Shown here piece by piece: positions 1 to 13,829 of a DNA stretch of 64,000 nucleotides (the stretch's first letter is position 1; each line of letters opens with the position of its first letter). Under the pieces are notes generated by a model. It was not told the DNA's origin. It was given only the letters and a program-made list of their open reading frames with translations, and did not search any database. The stretch is from the human T2T-CHM13v2.0 reference genome, Homo sapiens, in NCBI RefSeq assembly GCF_009914755.1, contig NC_060925.1; one strand, given 5' to 3'. The position numbers were made by a program, and so were the translations under genes.

Positions 1-212
1 CACTTTAAAATGACCCAGAATTTCAGGAGCCACTTTAATACCATTCCTGCCACCAACTCATTGTGTAAGCCTAAGCACATCACTTAGCCACTCTCCAGAC
101 TAAGGGAACAGATTGTAGCCTGCCTGTAAATGGCTGATGGACAGAAAAACATGAAAACGATGGTGCTGAGCACTTTGCAAAAAGGAAACAGAGTTCATTT
201 GAAAGAACCTGG

Positions 213-392
213 GATCTGGAGTCAGAAAGTCTGGATCCAAGCCAAAATCTGCCACGCATGAACACTGGGACGTTAGGCTATTAGTTTCTGAGTCTGTTTC
301 CTCAGTAAAATGGGGATAATACTCTGCGCAACTGGATTGTTTTGACATTTAAACGAGTTTATGAGAAAAAGCTTTGTAAATTGTAAAGCACA
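213..392 (+). mobile_element. MIR SINE (probably continues briefly after 5965)
   Basis: ctggagtcaga...ctgtttcctcagtaaaatggggataata core, ending tgtaaagcac. Confidence 0.7.
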
Positions 393-1075
393 TGTATTAG
401 TTTTTAGGGTTGCCATAATAAAATTCCACAGACTGTGTGGTTTAAACAACAGAAATTAATTTTTTTTTTTCACAATTCGTGAGTCCAGAAGCCTGAGATT
501 AAGGTGTCAGCAGGGTTGGTTTCTTGTGAGGCCTCTCTCCTTGGCTTACAGACGGCTGCCTTCTCTCTGTGTCTTCCCATGATCTTTCTCGATGTGTGTC
601 CGTGTCCTAGTCTCCTCTTCCTATAAGGACACCAGTCATATGGAATTAGGGCCCACCCAAATGACCTCATTTTAACTTCATTACCTCTTAGAAGACCCTA
701 TCTCCAAATACAGACATATTTTATCTGTTTTATTGTACTTGGCTTTATTATGCTTCACAGAAACTGCTTTTTTCACAAATTGAGGGTTTGTGGCAACCCA
801 GCATTGAGCAAGTCTATTGGCATCATTTTTCCAAATACATGTGCTCACTTCATGGCTTTGTGTCACATTTTGGTAATTCTCATAATATTTCAGACTTGTT
901 CATTATTTTTTCTGTTATGATAATCTGTGATAAGTGATACTCGATGTTACTATTATGATTGTTTTGGGGTGCCATGGACTGTACCTATATAAAACAGCAA
1001 ACTTAGTTGATGAATTTGTGTGTTCTGATTGCTCCACTGATTGGCGGTTCCCCAATCTCTCCCTCTCCTTGAGCA

Positions 1076-1134
1076 GAAATCCATGGATAAGTGGACCTGC
1101 ATAGTTCAAACCTGTGTTGTTCAAGGGTCAATTG
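1076..1134. mobile_element. Isolated Tigger2-family terminal inverted repeat
   Basis: aaatccatggataagtggacctgcatagttcaaacctgtgttgttcaagggtcaattg followed by TA matches the Tigger2/Tigger2a end. Confidence 0.8.
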
Positions 1135-1630
1135 TATTTTAAGCCCACTGTTGCGACCTACTGCTCAGAAAAAAAGATTTCTTTCCAAATATTACTGTTC
1201 ATTGACAATGTATTTTGTCACCCAAGATCTCTGATAGAGATGTACAAGGAGATTAATGTGTTTATGTCTGCTAACACAACATCCATTCTGTAGCCCATTG
1301 ATCAAGGAGTAATTTTGACTTTCAAGTCTGGTAATTTAAGAAATACATTTTGTAAGGCTATAGCTGCCACAGAGAGTGATTCCTCTGATGGACCTGGGCA
1401 AAGTAAAATTGAAAATCTTCTGAAAAGGATTCACCATTCTAGATGTTACTAAGAACATCTGTGATTCATGGGAGGAGGTCAAAATATCAACATTAGCAGG
1501 AGTTTGGAAGAAGTTGATTCCAACCCTCATGGTTGACAAGGAGCTTAAGACTTCAGTGGAGGAAGTAATTGCAGATATGGTAGAAATAGCAAGAAAACTA
1601 GAATTAGAAGTGGAACCTGAAGATGTAACT

Positions 1631-1982
1631 TGAGAAAAGAAAAACAGCTCAGACCAGAAAGACTTATACCTACCCATGCCTGGGGGTAATTGTTGAAAGA
1701 CATTTGTTTCTGAGCAGCTGCCTCACCCATGATCTTCTTGTTCCTGGAATTTGTGATACAAAGGACAATGTATAGCCAATGAATAGCTTATGTTATTTTA
1801 ATATAAATTCTTGGTAAACACCTTCAGAACTTGCTCTTCTTTTTTCTTTTAAAAACCCACTTATACCTGCTGCTAATTAGAGCATATGTTCAGGGCAATT
1901 TGATTCTATGCTCCTATGTTGCAATCCTCAAACTTGACCCAAATAAACTCTCTACTTACACTAATTTTGCCTCAGTTTGACA
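1631..1982 (+). mobile_element. ERV solo LTR inserted in Tigger1 (family uncertain, LTR47/MER72-like)
   Basis: TG...CA ends (tgagaaaaga...tttgaca), CCAAT and AATAAA; Tigger1 resumes colinearly afterwards; TSD not recognisable. Confidence 0.7.
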
Positions 1983-2057
1983 TTTTGAATTGCTGCAATT
2001 TTATGATAAAACTTGAATGGATAAGGAATTGCTTATCATGGATGAGCCAAGAAAGTG

Positions 2058-2068
2058 TTTTTTTGTTT

Positions 2069-2103
<35 letters not shown>
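2058..2103. repeat. poly(T) tract within Tigger1
   Basis: About 45 nt T-rich run. Confidence 0.9.
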
Positions 2104-2106
<3 letters not shown>

Positions 2107-2231
2107 TGAAATCCACTCCTGGTGAAGATGCTGTGACCATTGTTAAAATGACCACAAAGGTTTTAGAATATTACAGAAGCCTAAAGCAGTGACAGGGTTT
2201 GAGAGGACTGTGTCCAATTTTTTTTTCCATC

Positions 2232-2740
2232 TGTGGTATATGATGAGGTTTCTCTTCAAATAATCTGATCAATCTTTTATTCTTTAATTCATAGTTACCC
2301 ACCCCCTTTTTTTCTCCTTTTTTCTCCTTTTTTTCCGTTTTGCCTTTGTTAGGTGCGCAGGCACGCCACAGTACCAAGCGTTATGAGTACCAGCTCACAT
2401 TCCTTTCCTTATTTGGAAAGAGGACTAACTTTCTAGCTCATTACAGACACCCTTTCCCCTTCCTCTCCACTTTATTTTATGTGCCCACCCTATCTAAAAA
2501 AATCATATGTTTAGCCAACCGGATTAGTTTAGATTGTACCATCTGACCCCGGCCAATGAGGAAAGGGTACAGGGGCAGGACTTGCGTCAGGAATAAAGGC
2601 TCTCATGCCCCTTTGTTCAGGTGTGCTCTCATGGCGACTGGCCAAGGAGGCATCCCTCTGCACAGAAGTAAAATTGCTTCGCTAAGAATCCTTTGTTTGA
2701 GTGTTCAATTTCCTTAGGATTTTGAGCCTTATTCCTAACA
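2232..2740 (+). mobile_element. ERV1 solo LTR, LTR10B-like (HERV-I group)
   Basis: tgtggtatatgatgaggtttctcttcaaat...ttattcctaaca; exact 4-bp TSD catc (2228-2231 / 2741-2744). Confidence 0.78.
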
Positions 2741-2819
2741 CATCTGCTCAAGAATTTATCCTTTGAGTTATAAAAACAATCCAATTACACTCTTTACATT
2801 ATTTAAAAATGTACTATTC

Positions 2820-3122
<303 letters not shown>

Positions 3123-3476
3123 AAAAATGTACAATTAAGTTATTATTGACTATACTCATCCTATGGTGCTATAAAACAGTAGGTCTTACTCATTCTGTTT
3201 TTTTACATTAAATGCTTATCAACCATCCACACCTCCCCCCATGTTTCCTAATACCCTTCCCAGCTGGTAACCATCCTTCTACTCTGTGTCCATGAGTTCA
3301 ATTGTTTTGATTTTTAGACCCCACAAATAAGTGAGAACATACAAAGTTTGTCTTTCTGTGCCTGGCTGATTTCACTTAACATAATAATCTCCAGTTCTAT
3401 CCATATTATTGCAAATGACTGGATCTCACTCTTTTCTTTTATGGCTGAATAGTACTCTATATGTGTATGTATGACA

Positions 3477-3783
3477 TTTATTATTTATTTATTTATTTAT
3501 TTGAGACAGAGTCTTTCTCTGTCGCCCAGCCTGGGGTGCAGTGGCGCGATCTCAGCTCACTGAAACCTCCGCCTCCCGGGTTCAAGTAATTCTCTGCCTC
3601 AGCCTTCCAAGTAGCTGGAATTACAGGCATCTGTCACCATGCCTGGCTAATTTTTTTGTATTTTTAGTACTGACGGGGTTTCACTATCTTGCCCAGGCTG
3701 TTCTTGAACTCCTGACCTCGTGATCCACCAGCCTCGGCCTCCCAAAGTGCTGGGATTACAGGCGTGAGCCACTGTGCCTAGCC
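3477..3783 (-). mobile_element. AluS
   Basis: Full dimer with (TTTA)n tail; short TSD acattt. Confidence 0.93.
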
Positions 3784-5126
3784 CCACATTTTCTTTATTC
3801 ATTCATCTGTTGATGGACACTTAGGTTGCTTCTAAATCTTAGCTATTATAAACAGTGCTGCAACAAACATAGGAGTGCAGATATCTCTTCGATGAACTGA
3901 TTTCCTTTCTTTTGGGTTTACTTTCAGTAGGATTGTTGGATCATACGGCAGCTAAATTTTTAGTTTTTTCAGGAACCTCCAAACTGTTCTCCATGGTGGT
4001 TGTACTAACTTACATTCCCACCAACAGCATATGGGGTTCCCTTTTCTCCATGTCCTTGCCAGCATTTGTTATTGCCTTCTTTTGGATATAAACCATTTTA
4101 ACTGGGGTGAGAGTATATCTCATTGTAGTTTTGATTTGCATTTCTCTGATACTCAGTGATGCTGAGCACCTTTTCATATACCTGTTTGCCATTTGTATGT
4201 CTTCTTTTGAGAAATGTCTATTGAGATCTTTTGCTCATTTTTTATTGGATTATTAAATTTTTTTTTCCCTATAGAGTTGTTTGAGCTCCTTATGTATTCT
4301 GGTTATTAATCCCTTGTGGGATGGGTAGTTTGCAAATATTTTCTCCCATTCTGTGGGTTGTCTCTTCACTTTGCTGACTGTATTTTCTCTGCAGAAGCTT
4401 TTTAACTTGATGTGGTCCTATTTGTCCATTTTTGCTTTGGTTGCCTGTGTTTGTGGGATATTGCTCAAGGAATTTTTCCGCAGACCAATACCCTGGAGAT
4501 TTTCCCCAATGTTTTCCTATAGTAGTTTCATAGTTTGAGGTCTTAAATTTAAATCTTTAATCCATTTTGATTTGATTTGTGGATATGGTGAGAGATAGGG
4601 GTCTAGTTTCATTCCTCTGCATATGGATATCTAGTTTTCGCAGTATCATTTATGGAAAAGCCTGTCTTTTCCCCAGTATATGTTCTTGGCATCTTGTCAA
4701 AAATGAGTTCACTGTAGGTGTGTGGATTTGTTTCTGGGTTCTCTATTCTGTTCCATTGGTCTATGTGTCTGTTTTTATGCCAGTACCTTGCTGTTTTGGT
4801 TACTATAGCTCTGTAGTATAATTTGAAGTCAGGTAATGTGATTCCTTCAGTTTTATTCTTTTTGCTTAGGATAGCTTTGGCTATTCTGGGTATTTTGTGG
4901 TTCAATATATTTAGGATCGTTTCTTCTATTTCTGTAAAGAATGCCATTGGTATTTTTGTAGGAATTGCATTGAATCTGTAGATTTTTTGGGGTAGTATGG
5001 ACATTTTAACAAGATTTAGTCTTCCAATCCATGAACGTGGAATATTTTTCCATTTTTTGGTGTCTTCTTCAATTTCTTTCAATTGAGACCAATTTTGAAA
5101 GACATTCTGGTTAAAATGGTATCAAA

Positions 5127-5535
<409 letters not shown>

Positions 5536-6959
5536 TTATTTTAAGAAATTGCTACAGCCACCCCAGCTTTCAGCAACTACGACTGTGATCAGTCAGCAGT
5601 CATCAATATTATGGCAAGATCCTCCACAAGCAAAAAAATTACAACTCCCTGACAGCTCAGATGATCATTAGCACTTTTTAGTAATAAAGCATCTTTTAAT
5701 TAAGGTATGCTCATTTTTTTCTAGACATAATGCTGTTGCACACATAGTAAACTACAGCATAGTATAAACATAACCTTTATATGCACTGCAAAACCAAAAA
5801 AAAAATGTGTGTGACTGGCTTTATTGTGATATTTGTTTTATTTCAGTGGCTGAAACTCAACCAACAATATTCCCAAGGTATGCCTGTTCAGTCACATTCT
5901 GAGGTACTGGGGTTTAGGACTTCAATATATGAATTTGGAGACACAATTCAGCCATAACAACACAATATAAATATTTTTCTGGACTTACCTGGGACTTCCC
6001 ATGATGGGCATTTAGCACACAGTAGGAAATAGCTTTGTTGACCATTTTTCCACTACATCATCATGGCGAGAGGCAGCAGGAGAGACCTGACAGCACTCTG
6101 AGCTTGCTCTCTGCTGCTGTGGGGCCAGGATCTTCTGCGGCTATGGGCCTCCAGTCCCACTCAGCAAATAAATGAGCCATATTCCCTTTGGGTTTGAAAT
6201 GCTTTTTTGTAGGAAAGGAATAATCAAATACTTAACAGCTACTAACTGTTAAGTATTAACAGGGAGAAACAGGTGTGCATGGGCTGTGGGCATTTGTCTC
6301 TGTTTACATTTGTAAGTGTCTTCTGGAACAGCCCATCCAGGCCCTTTAAGGAGCTTTCACCAGCTAAAGGAAAAACTACCAACAGGGAGGCCAGGTCACT
6401 TTTCTTCCAAATTCTTCCCAAAGTATTTACTTTCATCTGCTGGGAAAAGACCTCAACAAACATTTATCAAGGACCTCTTTTGTGCCTGAGGCTGTGCTGG
6501 GTCTGGAAGGAATGTACTGCTTCACTGGGCCTGTTTAGTAAATACAGACATTGCTCAACCAACAAGGAGGAGAGAGAGTCCGTGGGTTCAGGAGCTGGGA
6601 ATTCACTTGTGCCAGCAGAATGTAGGAGGGCCCTGGTCAGGAAGATAGGTTATTTGGTGCTGCTATGTTATTTTTTATTTTGCCTCTTTACGGATGTAAG
6701 GAAGAGACATGCCCACGTTACCTGCGAGCCATCTCTCAGTGGCACAGAATCCCATCCTCTCAACATTGCTGCGTCCCAGTGCTTCCAAGGTGGTGGGGGT
6801 GAGGAGAGGGTTCAGTGCTTTTCATGGAATCTGGATTTCAACTTAAGGCCAATAGATTTACCCTCTTTCTGAATGTCTAGAATTTATCCTAGCAGAGGAT
6901 CTAGCTGTGTCAATTTACCCTTCTCCAAAACGGAGCTCTGCTATCTGCCAGAAGCAAAG

Positions 6960-7505
6960 GACATTTGTTGTTTTTGCCTGCCCAGCTTACCTCCCACTTC
7001 TCTTGGAAATAAAACCACACTTTCCTTCCTGGAACCCATTCTATGTGGTTCAGGTGGGGCTGACCTCACCTCCCCCAATGCAGGGAAGGTGCCCTGTCCT
7101 TAGTCTAGCCAATAGGAGTAGCTCTCTAGCCCTTGTCACAGTGATTGGCACAGAGCTGGGCATATGACTCAAGCACAGCCAAACAGAGCCTGCTTCAGGC
7201 ATTGATGTGGCAGCCACAGGAGAGCAGTTCCGCCCTCCTCTTGGATAACATGCTCTAAGGATGGCTTGGAACTGCTTGCAGCCATCTTCTCCAGTGGTAC
7301 AGGGGCACAGAGGACACTTTCATCATCTGGAGAAAATGAAGCCAATGTACAAAGAGAAATCGCAGAGAGATGGAAAGCTAAAGGCAACCTTAAAGACAAT
7401 CTTTGAGCCTCTGGATCCATCTCTTCTCAGGAGCTAATACATTTCCTATGTTGCTTATACTCCTTTGAGCTGGGTTTCTGTCACTGGGATTGGAAAACTG
7501 ACTGT
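6960..7505 (+). mobile_element. LTR16-type ERVL solo LTR, old
   Basis: agtgattgg...gcagccatct...tttgagcctctggatcc...tttgagctgggtttctgtcact motifs. Confidence 0.7.
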
Positions 7506-8217
7506 TGCAGCAACAGGGTTTTGTACTGAGCCTCCTCAGAGACAGTCAGCATTTCTCATGCTTGGCCCATGGTGTTTACCCTTGGCTGGAGCCCTGATTC
7601 TCATTAAACTAATTACGGGCAGAGTATGAGGACTACATTCACTCAGAGATCAGGGCACAAAGCATTGCAATTTTATGCAGAGATTACTGCTGAGGACCAC
7701 TCCCCTTGGAAGTAAGCTGTGGACTAGAGAGTCATTTCACACTTAAACCCTTCCCTCTATGTCTTTGGCCTTTAAACTCTGGTTTCTATTCTTTACTTTC
7801 TGAGTGTGTATTTTCAAATCACCCCTTGGGGAGGGGTCTCAGGAACATCCCAGGCTCCATATCAAATGCAGGAAGGTATTTACCATGCATGACAGGTTTC
7901 CTATAGTTCTTTGGACTGCAGAGGAGTACTGCGCTGCACGCATGAGCATGGGTGGTGGGGTCAGATGGAATGAAGATCTTTGGCTTTGAGGCAGTGTAAC
8001 CTGTCTGCCTTCCTCTGTCATTGTGAGTTCCTCAATTCACGTTACTGTCAACCTCTCCCCATGTCTCCAAATTACCCTGTGGCCCACTGGCCATTTTATA
8101 TGCACGTCATTCTAGCCTCAGAACATGCCATTTCCCTTCCGCTAATGTCTTATTGCCTGTATGAATCTAAACTTGAGGGAGTCTACTGGATTATCTTGCC
8201 CACGACCATAGCAGTTT

Positions 8218-8517
8218 TGTTTGTTTGTTTGTTTGTTTTGAGACAGAGTCTCACACTGTTGCCTGGGCTGGTGTGCAATGACACAATCTCGGCTCACTAC
8301 AACCTCTGCCTCCCGGGTTCAAGCGATTCTTCTGCCTCAGCCTCCGTAGCTGGGATTACAGGTGCCTGCCACCACGCCTGGCTAATTTTTTGCATTTTTA
8401 GTAGAGATGGGGTTTCACTATATTGGCCAGGCTGGTCTCAAACTCCTGAACTTGTGATCTGCCTGCCTCAGCCTACCAAAGTGCTGGGATTACACGCGTG
8501 AGCCACCACGCCCGGCC
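8218..8517 (-). mobile_element. AluS with (GTTT)n tail
   Basis: Exact 13-bp TSD accatagcagttt (8205-8217 / 8519-8531). Confidence 0.95.
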
Positions 8518-9279
8518 AACCATAGCAGTTTACATGTGGGTTTGGTTTGGGACTGAGAGTCAAGATCCACTGAGGGGCGTGGCCTCTCTTCCAGTATTTA
8601 CTTTTGTTTGCAAATGAGTACATATTCCGACTCCGACTCCGAAGTCTTATAAAGCTTTTCTAACTCAATTTTCAGAGGTAACAATAGACTCAACCTGAAC
8701 ATTTGATTGACAGTATCCTCTGCTTCCTTTTGCACAGGGTACTTGTGTCATTTCTCCTCCTCTAAGTAATTGCGGCAGCTTTGGTTTCTCTCTTTGCTAT
8801 GTGACACAGCATGAAGGTTTGGACAGGAGTTTAACTATTACCCTTTAATGTTTTTGTTGTGTTACTGTCAAATTGTGTCTTCTTAAAGGTTGCTTCCTGT
8901 CCTTTCTTAGGAGCAGGAAAAAAAAAGTGGCTGTGTGTCTTATGTCCTATCTGTATAAAATGCCTTTCATTATTGATAAAGATACACTATTCCAGGAGAC
9001 TCACCTATTTAACCAGGTCAAGAGCTGGAAACCTTTCTCCAGTCTGTGTTCAGCCTCTAGTCCCACAGTGGTGTGAATACAAAGCAGTCTTCCTTGCAGG
9101 TGTTCAGCACACAGGCCGTAAGCCAAGAGCAGTAGATGGCATGCAGAAGGAAGAGGGTCACTTTCTGCTTCATCATTTGGGATTCTAGTGGACCCAGAGA
9201 AGGAACGCCAAGGAGAGGACCTAGACTCGTAACCCCCACATGCCACACTTTTATTTCTCCTAAGATTAACGATGTTTAT

Positions 9280-9470
9280 CACTATTTGAGGTACTGTTAA
9301 TGTGCCAGATACTTTAAGTGCTTGGCATATGTTATCTAAACCTTAAAAGAATTTTATGAGGTGGAGAATATGATTCCCATTTTATACATAAACAAACTCA
9401 AAGATGTTGAGAGAATACCTGAAGAAGTTAAAAGGCTGTCACGCAGCCAGAGGTGACCCTGGGCTTTTGA
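9280..9470 (-). mobile_element. MIR
   Basis: atgtgccagatact...attcccattttatacata.aacaaact antisense core. Confidence 0.65.
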
Positions 9471-10406
9471 GTGCTGGCAGGTGGCAAGCACCCAGGTGAG
9501 AGCTGTGGGGTGGCCTGCAGACCCCGAGGAGTTAGAAACAGAGGCCTTGGGACAGGCTCCAGGAAGGTGGCCTGTGTGAGAACCTCTCTAGTCCCCAGTG
9601 CTCCTGGGAGAGGCAGCTCAAGTGCAAAGCCAGATGCACCCTGCAGTGGGGTGAGAGAGGGGCATAGATCACCTTCCAGAAATAGCTGCCGAGTTGATGT
9701 TAAATTTTGTAGGTTTTCTTGATTCCGTTTGTTAATATAATCTTGTGCTCATGGGTGTTAAAAGATGTGGGCCTGAGGTAATATTCATTTGGCTTATTGT
9801 AATAGTTACTCCTGGGCATTACACATGCTAAACAAAGCAAAATATTCACCAAGCTCTCAATCTGAGCTCCTTGGGTCAGTAAGCAGAGGTCACAATCTTT
9901 TCCTAGTCCCACTAGTGAGTTAAATTCTGGAATGGCTCTGAATTATCAATATGTCAATAAAATGTCAGTCAGCCAGAGCGACATGCTATTGCAGTATTGA
10001 CTGTCGGATCCTAAAGCAAAAACATGTTTTAATTGTTTTTGCTGAGTGTAGGGTAAGCCAGTAAGTAGAGACCAGGTTTGAGAGGGTTAGAGATTGCCAC
10101 TGATCTTTATTTTTCAGTTTTGAGAGTCTTGTAGCATTGTGGAACCCATTTCTCATTTTCGCCCACAGAATTTATATCAGAGTCAGAAACAGGAACCTGC
10201 AAAGGGAAATATCTGAGAAAACAGGCTGTTCCAGGCTTACCTGGTAGGGCAGGGCTGGTGCCCAGGTACAATCATTGGCCAGTGTAAATATATGCGAGTC
10301 AGCTAGTGGTGATGACTTTGAAGCATGGGAGGAGGAGATGGGTGCCGCCTTTAGCTCCATAAGCATTTGCTTCAACTGATTAGACTCTCCAGGTACAGCG
10401 TGGTGA

Positions 10407-11022
<616 letters not shown>

Positions 11023-11627
11023 TAACTCTCACCCTAACCCACAGGAGACCTTATGCAAACTGGAAAAAGAACATCTCTCTTGGCAGGTGTAGCCTGTACC
11101 AGGCTGCATGGCCGGGTGGGCAGATGATGGGCTGGACTTGGGCCCCCAATTTTCCCCTCAGTGGGTATTCTTGTGCAGTGAACACTGCATAGCTGAATGT
11201 GGTAGCCCTGTTAATGCTCATCATTTTCTTATCTTGTACTACAAAGGTAAGCTGCAGAGCCTTTTGGGGGCAAGGCAGGTGTAAAATGAATTAAGTATTA
11301 ATGCGATATAGCTGAGTAGGCTATTCCCCCACTGTTAACTTGACAGAGTGGTACCAGGTGGGGTCCCACACACCTGGTGGGGGAGTAGTGGTCACCCCTG
11401 GAGGGGGCTTCTTTAGAAATACAGATATGCTTTGCGGGGTGAGCTGAATGGAAACTGCAGCCACTACTGGGGAGTGAGGGTGAGTCTAGGCACAGGCAGG
11501 AATCAGCGTGGATTTTGAGAGGCGTAGATGGAACGATTCTGGAGTAGAAAGAGTGATGTGTTTTGATGCTGTCAGATGGCAGCTGAAACAGACAGCAGAA
11601 GCTGTCATTAACTGGTCAGAGCCGATG

Positions 11628-11776
11628 GCAGGAAGAAGATAAGAGAGGAAAGCAGAGCAGGACAGAGGAAAGAAGAGAAGAGGAGGAGAAGAGACAGAGG
11701 ACAGGGAGGGGAGATGGGGGGAGGGGAGAAGACAGGAGAGGAAGTGGGGAGAAGAGGAGAAGGGAAGGGAGAGGAG
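11628..11776. repeat. GA-rich low-complexity polypurine tract
   Basis: Almost pure A/G. Confidence 0.85.
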
Positions 11777-11849
11777 CATAATAACATTTCCAAGGTCTGA
11801 GGAATTCAGTTTTACTCATGCTCACTCTGTTACAATTTATTACCTCCTC

Positions 11850-12540
11850 CATTCAGTACATGTTTATCGAGCTTCTTCTCTATGCCAGGTACTGTGACAG
11901 AGAGATGAGCATACAATCCAGTGGGGAACGCAAACATTGAAAGCAATGATTGCTGCTTGCTGGGCTCTGATGGATGATGTTACAGCAGCACAGAGTGGGC
12001 TTAGGAGTTAATAATGGGGAAAAGTGCAGGATGGCACCATATTTCTGTTTTAAGGGACTGTATGAATGAGAGTGCTCCTGGCTAAGATATGAACACAGTT
12101 GCCACAAACTGGGATAAAGAACATGAAAGAAGCAAGTGTGGTGGATGTAAGAATATGAGCCCAACTTTAGACATGCTGCATCTGGGGTGGAATGACACCG
12201 ACTGGTGACCGGTAGATAGATAAGCCACTGGAAGGCAAGCTCCAGGGCGACAGGGCTTTCAGCCTACGCCATCTAATACTGCATCCCGAGGACCTGCAAG
12301 AGTGCCTGGCACACATGAGGTGCTCAGTACATATTCGTGGAGTGGGTGCGTAGCTCGGATGTGGAGGCACCCCCATGGAAGTCCTCACTTGTTGCCCACA
12401 TTCATCTTGATGCTGCGCTTAGTTAGCATTTTATTGCACACTCTGCCACCCCCAACCCTAAAACAAAGCTAATATCCACAATGCGTCAGTGAATTGTGCC
12501 TGTCACGTAGGAAGTGCTCAATAAATATTTATCAATGATA
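11850..12540. mobile_element. Cluster of L2 fragments in both orientations
   Basis: Antisense catgtttatcgagc..tatgccaggtactgtg; sense agtgcctggcacacatgaggtgctcagta and gtgctcaataaatattt 3' ends. Confidence 0.65.
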
Positions 12541-13829
12541 AATCTCATATTAATGTTAATCAATACAGGATCGATGATGTGTTAATTATATTAATATAGA
12601 ATATATTATAATAATAAATGTGTATTATATAGAGATGTATAGATAACAAGTAATAGGCCGCAGTTCTCGAGGGGAGTTTGGGAATAATAACGATATTGCC
12701 CAGCAGATAGCAGAAACCTAAATATGTCTTCTCTCCTGCCAGCCAGCTTGGCTCTTCTCATTCTCTTTCCCCATGTGATCTCTAAACTCTCCATTAACTG
12801 AACTGTTCATCTTTGACTCTTGGCCTACATGCCCGTGGGAGCATAAGAAAAGCCTGGCATTCACTCAGCAGTGTCTTCGAGCCTTCTCTTTGGGGTACTT
12901 CATTCATCCCACCACCAATGGATCTGAAGCTCAGGCAGCATCTAGGAATGCAGATTTGGGGGCCAAAGGAGTGAGTGAGGAGGTGGAGTGTGAGGGAAAG
13001 AGGCTGAGGTGAAGCCCCTGTGAAACACTGAAGGCTGAGGGGCGGGGAGAAAGAGCAGTCTCTGCAGAGACAGGAGCTTGTGCATCCTCATCCAGCTTCC
13101 AGCCAGCTTACCTGTCCAGCTTCACAGCAGTATGTGTCCAGCCCATCACTGCAAGAGTCAGCTGGTCATGCACTATCAGGAACAAAGTTTGCAAGAAATA
13201 GTTTTTGAATGAAGAAAGTTCCAGCCACTCTCACAAAAATGGACTCTCTGCTCTAGTAATTCCGAAATAACTTCAGTTCTCAGAACATGCCCTGTTCTTT
13301 TCAATGTATGTTTAGCCATCCATTCACTCATCCATTTGTTCACTTAACAGGCCCATTTCCAAAACCATTCTCACATTTTAGGTTTTTGTTATGGCAGCAC
13401 CCCATTTCTAGGTACCCACAGTATTGTAAAGTCACCACAAGTCGCTACCACACTAAGCTCCTCCTGGGCAGGGACAGAGTTTTGGCCTCTGTGTTGCCCT
13501 GAAGGCTCCAGCCTGACTCAGCCAACCCTCACTAAGACCAGCAGTCACAGGCCTGTACCAGCTCACCAGACGACCACTCTTACCCTAGTACCATGATACA
13601 TTTTCAGACAATTTAGCCAAGTCGGCAGCTAAAGAAGTGGCATCATTGCAAAGAGGTGAAGATCAGAAACAAAGGGAAAAATAATGGCTCCATGCAAATC
13701 TTGCAAGGAATTTAAAAGGATACAGGAAAAGGTTTCAGGAAAGACTGCTTCAGTAGCTCAGAACCAGGCCCAGGATTCTCATCCAGAGGCTGCCTTTAAA
13801 AAAAATAGCATAATTTCACTCTTGGCAAC

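Noticed and set aside
1137-1630. TIGD1-like transposase peptide
   Set aside because: In-frame stop and missing N-terminal half; a decayed Tigger1 copy, not a domesticated gene.
4609-5082. 157-aa ORF with real protein similarity
   Set aside because: Fragment of L1 ORF2 in a 5'-truncated, frameshifted L1MA; not a host gene.
6273-6872. Longest ORF (199 aa)
   Set aside because: Non-ATG start, no recognisable domain, crosses L2-like fragments; consistent with chance.
8567-8581. CTCF-like ccactgaggggcg
   Set aside because: Mismatches at the conserved AG core positions.
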